In this document: one piece after another, positions 37,101-50,469 of the stretch
How the letters are laid out: each line of letters opens with the position of its first letter
Position numbering within the stretch: the stretch's first letter is position 1
Assembly (NCBI GenBank): GCA_030390025.1
Contig: CM059431.1
Span: 147,810,001 to 147,874,000, forward strand
Length of the DNA stretch: 64,000 bases
Reading direction: 5' to 3'
DNA from: Squalus acanthias
Taxonomy: Eukaryota
Program-made: the position numbers and the translations under genes
The notes under the pieces: model-generated
Database searches by the model: none
Seen by the model: only the letters and a program-made list of their open reading frames with translations
Told to the model about the DNA's origin: nothing

Positions 37101-39778
37101 GTTGAGCGCCCGGTGGCCACGATCGAGCGATCAGAACAGCGCCTCAGCGGCCGCGCGGACAGGTCTCAATTCCCGCTGATATTCACCGACTTATCCCGGT
37201 GGATCAATGAATCTGCAATGAGGACATGCTCGGAATCTGTTACATTAACACTGAGATAGCCAACAGCTGTTAACTAACAGGATACATTGATACGATAGCA
37301 AAATACTGCGGATGCTGGAAATCCGAAATAACAACAGAAAACGCTGGAAAAACTCAGTAGGCCAGGCAACATCCGTGGAGAGAGAAAGAGAGTTAACGTT
37401 TCAGGTCGAAACCCTTCGTCGGAACTGAAAGAGCAAGAAATAAACAGATAAAAATGCAAGGGGGAGGCTGGGGGGTGGAATAAAAGAACAACAGGGATGG
37501 TCTTTAGTGAGTAGAGAAATTGAGAGATGCTCAAGGCAAGACGAGATGGTAATGGGACAGGTTGAGAAACAAAAGTTAAGGTGTGAAATGCTGGCAGAAT
37601 CAGAGACAGCTGCCGTGGGGGGAGAGAGAGAAAAAAAGGAAAAAGGCACGGACCAAAATGTGGATAAAATGTATACATATGTGGTAGGGGCCGGGGTTAT
37701 GATCTGACATTGTTGAACTCGATATTGAGTCCGGAAGGCTGTAAAGTGCCTAAACGGAAGATGAGGTGCTGTTCCTGGAGCTTACGCTGCGCCTCCGTGG
37801 AACAATGCAAGAGGCCGAGGACGGTGAGGTCTGAGTGAGCGTGGAGGGGTGAATTAAAATGACAAGCGACCGGAAGCTCGGGGTCACCCTTCCGGACTGA
37901 ACGGAGGTGTTCCGCAAAGCGGTCACCCAATCTGCGTTTGGTCTCCCCAATGTAGAGGAGACCACATCGTGAGCAGCGAATACAGTATACTAGATTGCAA
38001 GAAGTACAAGTAAATCGCTGTTTCACCTGGAAGGGGTGTTTGGGGCCCTGGAGAGTGGGAAGGGAGGATGTATAAGGGCAGGTGTTGCATCTCCTGCGCT
38101 TGCACGGGAAGGTGCCGGGTGAAGGGGAAGGTGTTCTGGGGGTGATAGAGGAGTGGACTAGGGTGTCTCGGAGGGAGCGGTCCCTACGGAATGCTGAAAG
38201 GGGAGGTGAGGGGAAGATACGTTTGGTGGTGGGATCACGTTGGAGGTGGCGGAAATGGCGGAGGATGATCCGTTGAATGTGGAGGCTGGTGGGGTGAAAG
38301 GTGAGGACAAGGGGAACTCTATCGTGGTTCTGGGAGGGAGGGGCCGGGGTGAAGGAAGAAATGCGGGAGATGGAACGGACACGGTCGAGGGCCGTGTTCA
38401 CCACGGTAGAGGGGAATCCTCGGTTGAGGGAAAAGGTTACATGTCGGAAGCACTGGTATGGAAGGTGGCATCGTCGGAGCAGATGCGGCGGAGACGGAGA
38501 AACTGGGAGAAGGGAATAGAGTCCTTACAGGAGGCGGGGTGGGAGGAAGTGTAGTCCAGGTAGCTGTGGGAGTCAGTGGGCTTGCAGTGAATGTTGGTCA
38601 ATAACCTATCCCCAGAGATGGAGACGGAGAAGTCGAGGAAGGGGAGGGAAGAGTCGGAGATGGACCATGTGAAGTTGAGGGAAGGGTGGAAATTGGAGGC
38701 AAAGTGAATGAAATTGTCTAGTTCAGGGCGAGAGCAGGAAACGGCACCGATACAGTCGTCAATGTACCGGAAAAAGAGGTGAGGGAGTGGACCCGAGTAG
38801 GACTGGAACAAAGAGTGTTCCACATATCCCACGAAAAGGCAGGCATAGCTAGGACCCATGCGGGTACCCATAGCAAAACCTTTGATTTGGAGGAAATGAG
38901 TGGAGTCAAAGGAGAAGTTGTTCAATGTGAGAATAAGTTCAGCCAGGCGGAGGAGGGTGGCGGTGGATGGGGACTGGTTGGGCCTCTGTTCAAGGAAGAA
39001 GCGGAGCGCCCTCAGGCCATCCTGGTGGGGGATGGAGGTGTAGAGGGATTGTACGTCCATGGTGAAAAGGAGGCGGTTGGGGCCAGGAAACTGGAAACTG
39101 TTAAAGTGGCGGAGGGCGTCAGAGGAATCGCGGATGTAGGTGGGAAGGGACTGGACAAGGGGAGAAAAAATAGAATCGAGATAGGAAGAGATAAGTTCCG
39201 TGGGGCAAGAGCAGGCTGAAACGATGGGTCTACCAGGGCAGTCCTGTTTGTGGATCTTGGGAAGGAGGTAGAAGCGGGCTGTGCGGGGTTGGGGAACTAT
39301 GAGGTTGACGGCCGCGGGGGGAAGATCTCCAGAGGAGATGAGGTCAGTGACAGTCTTGGACACGGTGGCTTGATGTTCTATAGTGGGGTCATGGTCCAGG
39401 TGGAGGTAGGAGGAGGTGTCGGAGAGTTGGCGTTCAACTTCCGCTAGGTAGAGGTCGGTCCGCCAAACAACGACAGCACCACCCTTGTCAGCAGGTTTAA
39501 TGACAATGTCGGGGTTGGATCTGAGAGAATGGAGTGCTGCAAGTTCAGAGGGAGGTAGGTTGGAGTGAGAGAGGGGAGCAGAGAAATTGAGCTGGCCGCT
39601 GTCACGGCGGCAGTTAGCAATGAAAAGATCTAGAGAGGGTAAGAGGCCAGAGGGAGTGGTCCAGGTGGAACGAGAATTCTGAAAGCGGGAGAGGATACAT
39701 TGACTTACCGGGAATGCCAAAAGTTGCGAGAATAGGGTAGTAAAGTTGCTGTATCTTTAGAATTGTTGGCAGTTCCAT
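34130..39778 (-). CDS. GPR139/GPR142-like class A GPCR, join(39778-39709, 35064-34130), 334 aa
   Basis: Exon 1 MELPTILKIQQLYYPILATFGIP with GTAAGT donor (phase 1). Exon 2 follows tctttcttacAG and reads ANLLTMVILSRGKCGLS..MATADLL..FTFDRFVAIC..RRKSIILL..TNTCIY..KFREEL. The 1005 nt are in frame and give seven hydrophobic segments. Confidence 0.9.
35515..35615 (-). mobile_element. Penelope family B terminal fragment
   Basis: aacagaaaattctggaaatactcagcagg..catctgtagagagggaaac matches the tails at 37300 and 48580. Confidence 0.7.
35666..36406. mobile_element. TIR element (MITE) copy 2, in the GPCR intron
   Basis: 741 bp, nearly identical to 16805-17545, with the same TIRs and AAT TSD. Confidence 0.92.
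37291..39691 (-). mobile_element. Penelope-like retroelement (family B), 5'-truncated, in the GPCR intron
   Basis: RT motifs PADKGG, LPKIHK, GRPIVS, MDVQSLYTSIP and RYIDD; GIY-YIG LVYCIRCSRCGLLYIGETKR. Stop and frameshift at about 38437. Exact 12-bp TSD aggatacattga at 37279-37290 and 39692-39703. Confidence 0.95.
37391..37426 (-). ncRNA. Minimal hammerhead ribozyme motif (core variant) in the Penelope B tail
   Basis: agtt-CCGACGA-a-gggt-ttcg-acct-GAAA-cg-TT-aact; U4 of the core is C. Confidence 0.6.
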
Positions 39779-39849
39779 TATTTAAAAAAATCGAAATCTG
39801 TTCAGCTTTCCGGTTCGGACTTGAGTGTATCTGAGATCTGATCTCCACA

Positions 39850-39857
39850 TTTATATA
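39850..39857 (-). promoter_or_regulatory. Putative TATA box of the intact GPCR
   Basis: TATATAAA about 75 nt upstream of ATG 39778; a CCAAT motif lies near 39964. Confidence 0.5.
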
Positions 39858-40099
39858 ACAATCTGTGTCCCGGCCAGAAAAAAAACAGCTGACACAATAA
39901 GCGGCGTTAGTTACAGTCACTAAACAAACAAGGGGCGATTATCCGCTTCAGTGCGTCGGACAGCCAATGGGGAAATTGTACGGAACGCTGAATGGAACAA
40001 TACTCCTGGACTCTGCGTTAGGCTCTTGGGGTCTCAAATTCATTCGGTGAAAACTTCACTCATCCATTGTGCACGATAAATTTGCTTTTTTACTGAAAT

Positions 40100-43000
40100 G
40101 ATACCTAGTGATGACTCCGCTCTAATATTACTGGCGATGATTCATCACTAACAATACTGGCAGTGATTAATTGCTAAAAATAACACAAATATTACTGGTG
40201 AGGGCCCAATCTAACATTACTAATGCCGGCTCGATTCTAACATTGCTGAAGGTGACTCTACTCTAACATTACTGGTGGTGACCCGACTCTAACATTACTG
40301 GTGGTGACCCGACTCTAACATTACTGGTGGAGATCCTACTCTAACATTACTGGTGGTGACTCGACTCTAACATTAATGGTGGTGACCAGACTCTAACATT
40401 ACTGGTGGTGACTCTACTCTAAAATTACTGGTGGTGACCCTACTCAAACATTACTGGTGGTGACCCGACTCTAACATTACTGGTGGTGACCCGACTCTAA
40501 CATTACTGGTGGAGATCCTACTCTAACATTACTGGAGATGACTCGACTCTAACATTACTGGTGGTGACCCGACTCTAACATTACTGGTGGTGACTCTACT
40601 CTAACATTACTGGCGGTGACCCTACTCTAACATTACTGGTGGTTTCTCTACTCTAACATTACTGGTGGTGAGCCTACTCTAACATTACTGGTGGTGACTC
40701 TACTCTAACATTACTGGTGGTGACCCTACTCTAACATTACTGGTGGTGACCGTACTATAACATTAGTGGTGGTGAACCTACTCTAACTTTACTGTTGGTG
40801 AAACGACTCTCACATTACTGGTGTTGACTCTACTCTAAAATTACTGGTGGAAACCCTACTCTAACATTACTGGTGCTGAATCTACTCTACAAATACTGGT
40901 GGAGACCCTACTCTAACATGACTGATGGTGACTCTACCCAACCAGTATTGGTGAAGAACCTACTCGAACATTACTGGTGGTGCCCCTTTTCTAACATTAC
41001 TGGTGGTGACTCAACTCAAACATCACTGGTTGACTCAACTCAAACATTACTGGTGGTGACCATACTCTAACTTTACTGTTGGTGTCTCTACTCTAACATT
41101 ACTGGTGGTGACTCTAGGCTAACATTACTAGTGGAGACTCTACTCTAACATTACTGGTGGTGACTCTACTATAACATTACTGGTGTTGACTCTACTATAA
41201 CATTACTGGTGTTGACTCTACTCTAACATTACTGGTGGTGACTCCACTCTAAAATTACAGGTGGCGACCCTACTCTAACATTACTGTTGGTGACTCGACT
41301 CAACCATTATTGGTGAAGAACCTACTCTAACATTACTGGTAGTGCCCCTTTTCTAACATTACTGATGGTGACTCAACTCAAGCATTACTGGCTGACTCAA
41401 CTCAAACATTACTGGTGGTGACCCTACTCTAACATTACTGATGGTGACCCTACCCTAACTTTACTGCTGGTGACTCTATGCTAACATAACTGGACGTGGC
41501 TCTACGCTACCATTACAGCTGGTGACCCTACTCTAACATTACTGATTGTGACTCTACTTTAACATTACTGGTGGTGACCAGACTCTAACATTACTGGTCG
41601 CTGACTCTACTCTAAAACTACTGGTGGAGACCTTACTCTAACATTACTGGTGGTGACAGTACTCTAATATTACAGGTGGAGATCCTACTCTAACATTACT
41701 GGTGGTGACTCGACTCAAACATTATTGGTGAAGAACCTACTTAAACATTACTGTTGGTGCCTCTTTTCTAACATCACTTGTAGTGACCCTATTCTAACAT
41801 TACTGGTGGTGACTCTACTCTAACATTATTGGTGGTGACTCTACTCTAACTTTTCTGTTGGTGACCTCACTCTAACTTTACTGTTGGTGACCCTACCCTA
41901 ACTATACTGATGGTGACTCCACTCTAACTTTACTGTTGGTGACCCTACTCTAACTTTACTGTTGATGACCCTACTCTAACATTACCGGTGGTGACCCTAC
42001 CCTAACTTTACTGATGGTGACCCTACTCTAACTTTACTGTTGGTTTCCCTACTCTAACATAACTGGTCGTGACTCTACTCTAACTTTACTGCTGGAGACC
42101 CTACTCTAACTTTACTGTTGGTGACCCTACCCTAACATTACTGGTGGTGACCCTACCCGAACATTACTGGTGGTTAACCTACTCTAACATTACTGATGGT
42201 GATCCTACTCTAATATTACTGGTGGTGACCCTACTCTAACATTAGTGGTGGTGACCCTACTCTAATATTACTGGTGGTGAACCTACTCTAACATTACTGG
42301 TGGTGAAACGACTCTCACATTACAGGTGTTGACTCTACTCTAAAATTACTGGTGGAAACCCTACTCTAACATTACTGGTGCTGAATCTACTCTACAAATA
42401 CTGGTGGAGACCCTACTCTAACATGACTGAAGGTGACTCTACTCAACCAGTATTGGTGAAGAAACTACTCGAACATTACTGGTGGTGCCCCTTTTCTAAC
42501 ATTTCTGGTGGTGACTCAACTCAAACATTACTGGTGGTGTCTCTACTCTACCATTACTAGTGGAGACTCTACACTAACATTACTGGTGGTGACTCTACAC
42601 TAACATTACTGCTGTTGACCCTACTCTAACATTACTGCTGGTGACTCTACTTTAAGATTACTGGTGGTGACTCTACTTTAAAATTACAGGTGGATACCCT
42701 ACTCTAACATTACTGGTGGTGACTCTACTCTAACTTTATTGTTGGAGACCCTACTCTAACTTTACTGTTGGTGACCCTACTCTAACATTACTGGTGGTGA
42801 CCCTACTCTAACTTTACTGATGGTGACACTACTCGAACTTTACTGTTGGTTTCCCAACTCTAACATAACTGGTCGTGACTCTACTCTAACATTACTGGTG
42901 GTGACTCTACTATAACTTTACTGTTGGAGACCCTACTCTAACCTTACTATTGGTGACCCTACTGTAACATTACTGGTCGTGACTCTTCTCTTACATGACT

Positions 43001-46000
43001 GATGGTGACCCCACATTAACAGTACTGTTGCTGAATCTACGCTAACATTACTGGTGTTGACACTATACTAACATTACTGGTGGTGATTCTACTCTAACAT
43101 TACTGTTGGTGACTGTAATCTAATATTACTGGATGTGACTCTACTGTATTTACTGGTGGTGACTCTAATCTAACTTTACTGATGATGACTATACTCCAGC
43201 TTTACTGTTGGTGACCCCACTCTAACTTTACATTTGATGACCCTACTCTAACATTACTGGTGGTGACCCTACTCCAACATTACTGTTGGAGACCCTACTC
43301 TAACTTTACTGTTGGTGACCCAACTCTAACATTATTGTGGAGACTCTACACTAACATTACTGGTGGTGACTCTACTCTAACATTACTGGTGGTGACCCTA
43401 CTCGAACATTACTGGTGGTGAACCTACTCTAACATTACTGGTGGTGATCCTATTCTAACTTTACAGTTGATGACCCTACTCTAACATTACTGGTGGTGAC
43501 CCTACTCTAACTTTACTGATGGTTACACTACTCGAACTATACTGTTGGTTTCCCTACTCTAACATAACTGGTCGTGACTCTACTCTAACATTACTGGTAG
43601 TGACCCTACTCTAACATTAATGCTGGTGATCCTACTGAAACTTTTCTGGTGATGACCCTAGGCATAAATAACTGGTGGTGACCCAACTCTAACATTGCTG
43701 GTGGTAAGCCTAATCTAAAATTACTGGTGGTGACCCAACTCTAACATGACTGGTGGTGACCCTACTCTAACATTGCTGGTGGTAAGCCTAATGTAAAATT
43801 ACTGGTGGTGACCCAGCTCTAACATTACTGGTGGTGACCCTACTCTAACATTAATTGTGGTAATCCTAATCTAACATTACTGGTGGTGACCCTACTCTAA
43901 CATTACTGGTGTTGACCCAACTCTAACATTACTGGTGGTGACACTACTCTAACATTACTGGTGGTGACCATACTCAAACATGACTGGTGGTGACTCTACT
44001 CTAAAATTACTGTTGGTGACCCCACTTTAACATTACAAGTTGTGTCCCTACCTAAAATTAAGGTGGTGACAGTAATCTAACATTACTGGTCGTGACTCTA
44101 CTCTAAACATACTGGTGTTGAATCTACTGCATCATTAATGCTGGTGGCCCTACTCTCTCTGTACTGGTGGTGGCTCTACACTCATATTACTGGTGCTGAC
44201 CCTATCCTAATATTGCTGGTGCTGAACCTACTCTAACATTACTGGTGCTGACCCTACTCTAACATTGCTGGTGTTGACCCTACTCTAACATTAATGATGT
44301 TGACCCTACGCAACATTACTCGTGATGACCCTACTATAACATTATTGCTAGTAATGCAACTATAAAATTATTGGTGGTGACCCTACTCAAAATTTACCGG
44401 TGGTGTATCTACTCTAAAGTGAATGGTAAAGACCCAACTCTAACATTACTAGTTGTGAACCTACTCTCATAAAACTGGTGGATACAATAATCTAACATTA
44501 CTGGTGGTGAACCTACTCTAGAATGACTGGTTGGGACCCTACTCTAACATTCCTTCTGGTGAGCTTAATCTAACATTAGTGGTGGTGACCCTGCTCAAAC
44601 AGTATTGGTGGTGACCCTACTGTCACATTACTGCTGGTGACGCTACTCTACATTACTGGTGGTCACCCTAATCTAACATTAGTTGTGATGACCCTACTAA
44701 AACATTTCTGGTGGTGACCTCACTCCAAAATGACCGGTGTTGACCCTAATATAACATTACTGGTGGTGACTCTACTCTTACATTACTGGTGGTGACCAAG
44801 GAAACATAGAAGCATAGAAAAATAGTAGCAGGAGTAGGCCATTCGGCTCTTCGAGCCTGCTCTGCCATTCAGTATGATCATGGCTGATCCTCTATCTCAA
44901 TACTATATTCCCAATCTCTCCCCATACTTCTTGATACCTTTGGTGCCTAGAAGTCGATGTATTTCCTTCATAAATATATTCAGTGTCTTGGCCTCCGCAA
45001 CCTTCTATGGTAGAGATTTCCACAGGTGGTAGAGAATTCCACTCCAATATAACATTATTGGCAATGACTCTACTCTACCATTACTGGTGTTGTTTCTACT
45101 CTATCATTCCTGGCGGTGACCCTGCTCACACATTACTAGTGGTGACTCTACTGTAGCATTACTGGTGGTGACTCTGCTCTAACATTACTGGTGGTGACTC
45201 TACTGTAACATTACTGGCGGTGACCCTGCTCACACATTTCTGGTGATGACTCTACTGTAGCATTACTGGTGTTGACTCTGCATCTAACATTACTGGTGGT
45301 GATCCCACTCTAACATTACTGGTGGTGATCCCACTCTAACATTTCTGGTGGTGACACTACTCTAACATTACTGGTGATGATCCCTCTGTAACATTACTGG
45401 TGGTGACCTTACTCTAACATTACTGGTGGTGACCCTACTCTAACATTACTGGTGGTGATCCCTCTGTAACATTACTGGTGGTGACCCTACTCTAACATTA
45501 CTGGTGGTGACCCTTCTCTAACATTACTGGTGGTGACCCTACTCAAACATTACTGGTGGTGATCCCACTGTAACATTACTGGTGGTGACCCTACTCTAAC
45601 ATTACTGGTGGTGATCCCACTGTAACATTACTAGTGGTGACCCTACTCTAACATTACTGGTGGTGACTCTACTCTAATATTTCTGGTGGTGACCCTACTC
45701 TATCATTACTGATGGTGACCCTACTGTATCATTACTGGCGGTGACCCTGCTCACTCATTGCTGGTGGTGACCCAACTCTAACATTACTGATGGTGACCGT
45801 ACACTAACTTTACTAGTGATCGCCCTATTGTAGCATTGCTGGTGATCCCCCTACTCTGTCATTAATGGTATGGCCGTACACTGACATGCGTTTTGAGGAA
45901 TCTAATCAAGCATTTTTGGTAGTTATCCTACTGGTGATCAGTATACTCTAGCGTTACCCTATTCTAACATTATTTTTGATGAATATACACTAACATTAGC

Positions 46001-46030
46001 AGTAATAACCACACTTTAACATTTATGATA
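40100..46030. repeat. 26-bp satellite array, about 5.9 kb (roughly 200+ units)
   Basis: Unit ctctaacattactggtggtgacccta, head to tail, with degenerate edges and no unique spacers. Confidence 0.97.
44797..45045 (-). mobile_element. CR1 3' tail inserted in the satellite
   Basis: aaacatagaagcatagaaa..ggagtaggccattcggc matches other CR1 tails. Confidence 0.85.
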
Positions 46031-46044
46031 GTAATACCACTCTG

Positions 46045-46330
46045 CATAAGAACATAAGTTCATAAGAAGTAGGAGCAGGCGTAGGCCATACGGCACCTCG
46101 GCCTGCTCCGACATTCAATAAGATCATGAATGATCTTCTACCTCAACTCCACTTTCCCGCACGATCATCATATCTCTTGATTCCACCAGAGTTCAATAAT
46201 CTATCTATCTCAGCCTTGAATACACTCAACAAAAGTGCCAGAGATAACTTTGTCGGTTCACGTAATCATAGAGTCACAGAATGATACAGCACAGAAGGAG
46301 CCCATTTGGCCCATCGCGCCTGTGCAATGA
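46045..46330 (-). mobile_element. Short CR1 3' tails
   Basis: cataagaacataag..gtaggccata and catagagtcacagaatgatacagcacagaaggag tails. Confidence 0.7.
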
Positions 46331-47071
46331 CAGTGGACTCCACAGAATGATGTCAACGTCCTGCAGATTCTCCCGGTTCCACTCCGGGGACCGTCCTTTC
46401 TTCACTGAGTTACACAGTCCGGCTCTACCAGCGGAACTCACTGCGGGAATTGGTGCCTGGCCTTTCTGTCACCTCACACTGCATCTTCATTCATCTCAGA
46501 ACATGGACAATCCCCACAGATCACAGCAGGTGCAGAGTAAAATTAGCACAATATTAATTAGTAGTTTGAGGAGTTGTAAGCAGTTCAATTCCGAAACCAA
46601 AATATCGTTTGCAACTAAAAATCTGTTTATTGTGTTCGTCCAAGTCCAGATACACACATGTTTTCTTTGTTTTTCCACATAACTAGAACCTTACTCTGAA
46701 GTCTGTCTCACTAGTTCTCCAGTACCATGGAGAGAAGCGCCTGATGCCTTGATTTATTTAATATAACAGACATAAACACAGGTATTCGTTCAAAATCAAC
46801 CTGCAGGTGGCCACACACAGATGAACACAGCCAGCGATACAGAGAATATCGGGAAACACCGGGAAATAGACAAGAGATATTGACAAGGACAAATGCCCTC
46901 AGAACATTGCCTGAACCCCTGTGGTCAATGAATGGTTTGATGGTTGACTTCGTTATACACGTTGCAATTCAGGAGGACTTGATCCGTGGTTTGCAGAACA
47001 AGTTGAACCCGTGGGGCGGAGCCAACAGCTGCCGCGGTGTAATAAGCGACAAGGACGGAAAGTTTAACCAG

Positions 47072-47145
47072 GCCCGGCTAGATCAGTCGGAAGAGCATCA
47101 GACTCTTAATTTCAGGAGTCGTCGGTTCGAGCTCCCCGATGGGTG
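47072..47145 (+). tRNA. tRNA-Lys(CTT), probable pseudogene
   Basis: GCCCGGCTAGATCAGTCGGAAGAGCATCAGACTCTTAATTTCAGGAGTCGTCGGTTCGAGCTCCCCGATGGGTG follows the vertebrate tRNA-Lys-CTT sequence with several stem-breaking changes; a T-run terminator follows. Confidence 0.85.
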
Positions 47146-47689
47146 AACATTTTTTCAACCTTTCATGTTGATTTCACAGCGACCCCCAGCTCTGAATTGC
47201 TGCGACAGTGTCACCAGACTGAAAACGCGGCACCTTTTCCTTAATGTCATAGTTCCTGTTTTAAGAGTGAAAACTGGCCTCCGCTTCACTGTCAGTGTCG
47301 GAGACAACTTTGTAGATGGCAGGTAATCATAGAAGTATAGAATGATACAGCACAGAATGAGGCCATTCGGCCCATCGTGCCTGTGCCGGCTCTTTGGCAG
47401 AGCTATCCCATTAATCCCTCACCCCTGCTCTTTCCCCATAGCCCTGTATTTTTCCCTTCTAGTAATGTAAAATAAATGTTAAAACGTTTAAAAGGAACAG
47501 GAAGAGTTAGGGATTCCGATACACAAACATTTCTGACGGGCCTCAGACTCTCCTCTGTTTCTTTGTCCTTTGCGAGGCAGGTGTGACGTTCCAGTCAAAG
47601 CTCTTTCCAAACAAAACTGGCTGCAGTCACAGAATTAGAATGGCCACGTCATGGGGACCGAGAGCAGCCGGTCCACGTCGAGGAAGAAG

Positions 47690-48305
47690 CAGAGGCGATA
47701 TTTTTTTTACACGCGTGTTGTTGTCATCTGGAATGCACTCTCTGACAGAGCGGTGGAAGCAGATTCAATCGTAACTTTCAAAGGAGAACTGGATAAATAC
47801 TTGAAGGGGCAAAAATTACAGGTCTATGAGGACATAATCGGGACTGAGATTAATTGGATATTTCTACCAAAGAACCGGCACAGCCATGAGCGGCCGAATG
47901 ATCTCCTTCTGTGCTGGATAATTATATCATTCTGTGATCCTGTGAAAGAATCCTGACGAGAATTATCTGTCTCAGGAGATTAGGGAAGGACAATTAGGGT
48001 GCTCCTTCAGAACGATGATCAGTTAAAAAATACCATTTCCTTTGCGACCTGTGTGGTTTCGATCAGTGAAATGTCTGTAAAAGGCAACGAAGGCGAGGGA
48101 TTTAGAGTTTTTAATCTTTAGTGGGAATCAGATTCCATGGAAACTTTCAAAAGGCAATTGGACATATATTTCAAGAGCACTAATTAGCAGGGTTGTGGGG
48201 TAAGAGCTGGGTGTGGGACTGAAGTGGAGCATTCATTCAAAGACCCGGCACAGGCAGGATTCGGTGCTGTAAGATTCTATGATCCTAAGATTCCATGATT
48301 CTATG
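47690..48305 (+). mobile_element. Decayed CR1 3' fragments
   Basis: FFYTRVVVIWNALSDRAVEADS and gattctat-type tails. Confidence 0.65.
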
Positions 48306-48574
48306 ACTCCGCCCTCTTGTGCATCCCCCTTTCATTTCACACTACAAATAGTCTGCCACAACCTGTGCATCACTGCCTAGAATTTACATCCCAAAACCTC
48401 CAGTTTCCTATTAGACGCTCCTTAAAACCATAAGCTGTGAGGAATCTTTTGGTCACACGTCTTAATAGCTCCTTCTTTGGATTTGCCTTCCATATTTTTG
48501 ATCACACCTCTCTGAACCGCATTGGGAGACCCCCTACAAGTGGGGAGGGGCCAAGCTTTTATCAACACCATAAA

Positions 48575-50300
48575 AAAATACTGCGGATGCTGGAAATCTG
48601 AAATAACAACAGAAAGTGCTGGATATACTGAGCACGCCAGACAGCATCCGTGGAGAGAGAAACAGATTTAACGTTTCAGGTCTGGGACCTTTCATCAGAA
48701 CTGGAAAAAGCTGGGGATGTAACAGATATTCAGCAGTTGCAGAGATGGGGGTGGGAGGGGAGGATGGAATTGAAAGAACATACTGTGCTTATGTAAGAGG
48801 CAGGAAAGATAAAATGTTGCAAATGGGAATGGCAAAAAATTACAGAATGAAAAATGGGGGCAGGGGTTATTGTCTGAAATTGTTTAACTCGATGTTGAGT
48901 CCGGAAGGTTGTAAAGTGCCGAATCGAAAGATCTGGTGCTGTTCCTCGAGCTTACGTTAAGCTTCAGTGGAACAGTGTAATAGACCGAGAGCAGAGAGAG
49001 CAGAGAGATCAGAGTGGGAGTGGAGCAGGGAATTAAAGTGACAGGTGACCGGAAGCTCAGGGTCACCCTTACGGACTGAACAGAGGTGTTCTGCAAAGCG
49101 GTCACCCAATCTGCGTTTGGTCTCCCCAATGTAGAGGAGACCGCATCGTGAGCAGCGAATACAGTATATTAAATTGCAAGAATACAAGTAAATCGCTGTT
49201 TCACCCGGAAGGGGTGTTTGGGGCCCTGGACAGTGGGAAGGGAGGAGGTAACAGGGCATATGTTGCATCTCCTGCGCATGCACGGGAAGGTGCCAGGCAA
49301 AGGAGAAGGGCTGTTATTCGTGATTGAGGAGTGGACCAGGGTGTCGCGGAGTTAGCGGTCCCTTCAGAATGCTGAAAGGGGAGGTGAGGGGAAGATGTGT
49401 TTGGTGGTGGGATCACGTTGGAGGTGGCAGAAATGGCGGAGGATGATCCATTGAATGTGGAGGCTGGTGGGGTGAAAGGTGAGGACAAAGGGAACCCTAT
49501 CGTGGTTCTGGGAGGGAGGGGAAGGGGTGAGAGCAGAAGTGCGGGAAATGGAACGGACACTGTCAAGGGCCATGTCAACCACAGTAGAGGGGAATCCTCG
49601 GTTGAGGAAAAATAAATACATGTCGGAAGCACTGGTATGGAAGGTGGCATCGTCAGAGCAGATGCGGCGGAGACTAAGAAACTGGGAGAATGGAATAGAG
49701 TCCAAGCGGGGTGGGAGGAGTGTAGTCCAGACCGCTGTGGGAGTCAGTTGGCCTGTAGTGGATGTTTGTCTAAAGCCGATCGCCAGAAATGGAGACGGAG
49801 AAGTCAAGGAAGGGAAGGGAAGAGTCGAAGATGGACCATGTGAACGTGAGGGCAGAGTGGAAATTGGAAGTAAAGTGAATGAATTTATCTAGTTCAGGTC
49901 GAGAGCAGGAAACAGCACCAATACAGTCATCAATGTACCGGAAAAAGAGGTGATGGAGGGGACCTGAGTAGTACTGGAGCAAAGAATGTTCCACATATCC
50001 CATGAACAGGCAGGCATAGCTAGGGCCCATGCGGGTTCCCATAGCAACACCTTTAATTTGGAGGACGTGAGTGAAGTCAGTGGAGAAGTTGTTCAATGTG
50101 AGAACAAGTTCAGCCAGGCGGAGGAGTGTGGTAGTGGATGGGGACTGTTTGGGCCTCTGTTCAAGAAAGAAACGGAGCGCCCTCAGGCCGTCCTGGTGGG
50201 GGATGGAGGTGTAGAGGGATGGGACGTCGATAGTGAAAAGGAGATGGTTGAGGCCAGGAAACTAGAAACTGTTAAAGTGACGGAGGGCGTCGGAAGAGTC
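48575..50300 (-). mobile_element. Penelope-like element family B, second copy, degraded
   Basis: Colinear with about 37300-39130 (GVAMGTRMGPSYACLF, RYIDD, YCIRCSRCGLLYIGET) with several frameshifts. Confidence 0.92.
48666..48702 (-). ncRNA. Minimal hammerhead ribozyme motif in the Penelope B tail
   Basis: agtt-CTGATGA-a-aggtc-cca-gacct-GAAA-cg-TT-aaat; intact core, one stem I mismatch. Confidence 0.7.
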
Positions 50301-50469
50301 GCTATCGTTGTGCCACAAGGTCATCACATCACGCCGAAAGAAACTAACAAACTGCTCAAAATACGCAACAGTTTGAGCAGCTTCTGAGAAACAATTAAAC
50401 TTTCTGCGTGTCTACAATAGTTAGAACTGCAAACAAGGCCGTGTGTAAATATGAACTGTGGGTGTGTAT

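Noticed and set aside
38082..39447. Plus-strand ORFs over the Penelope element (similar antisense ORFs overlie other RT genes)
   Set aside because: Antisense shadows of RT coding sequence with no independent motifs.
40100..46030. CRISPR-like regular array
   Set aside because: Head-to-tail 26-bp units with no unique spacers and no cas genes, in eukaryotic DNA; it is a satellite.
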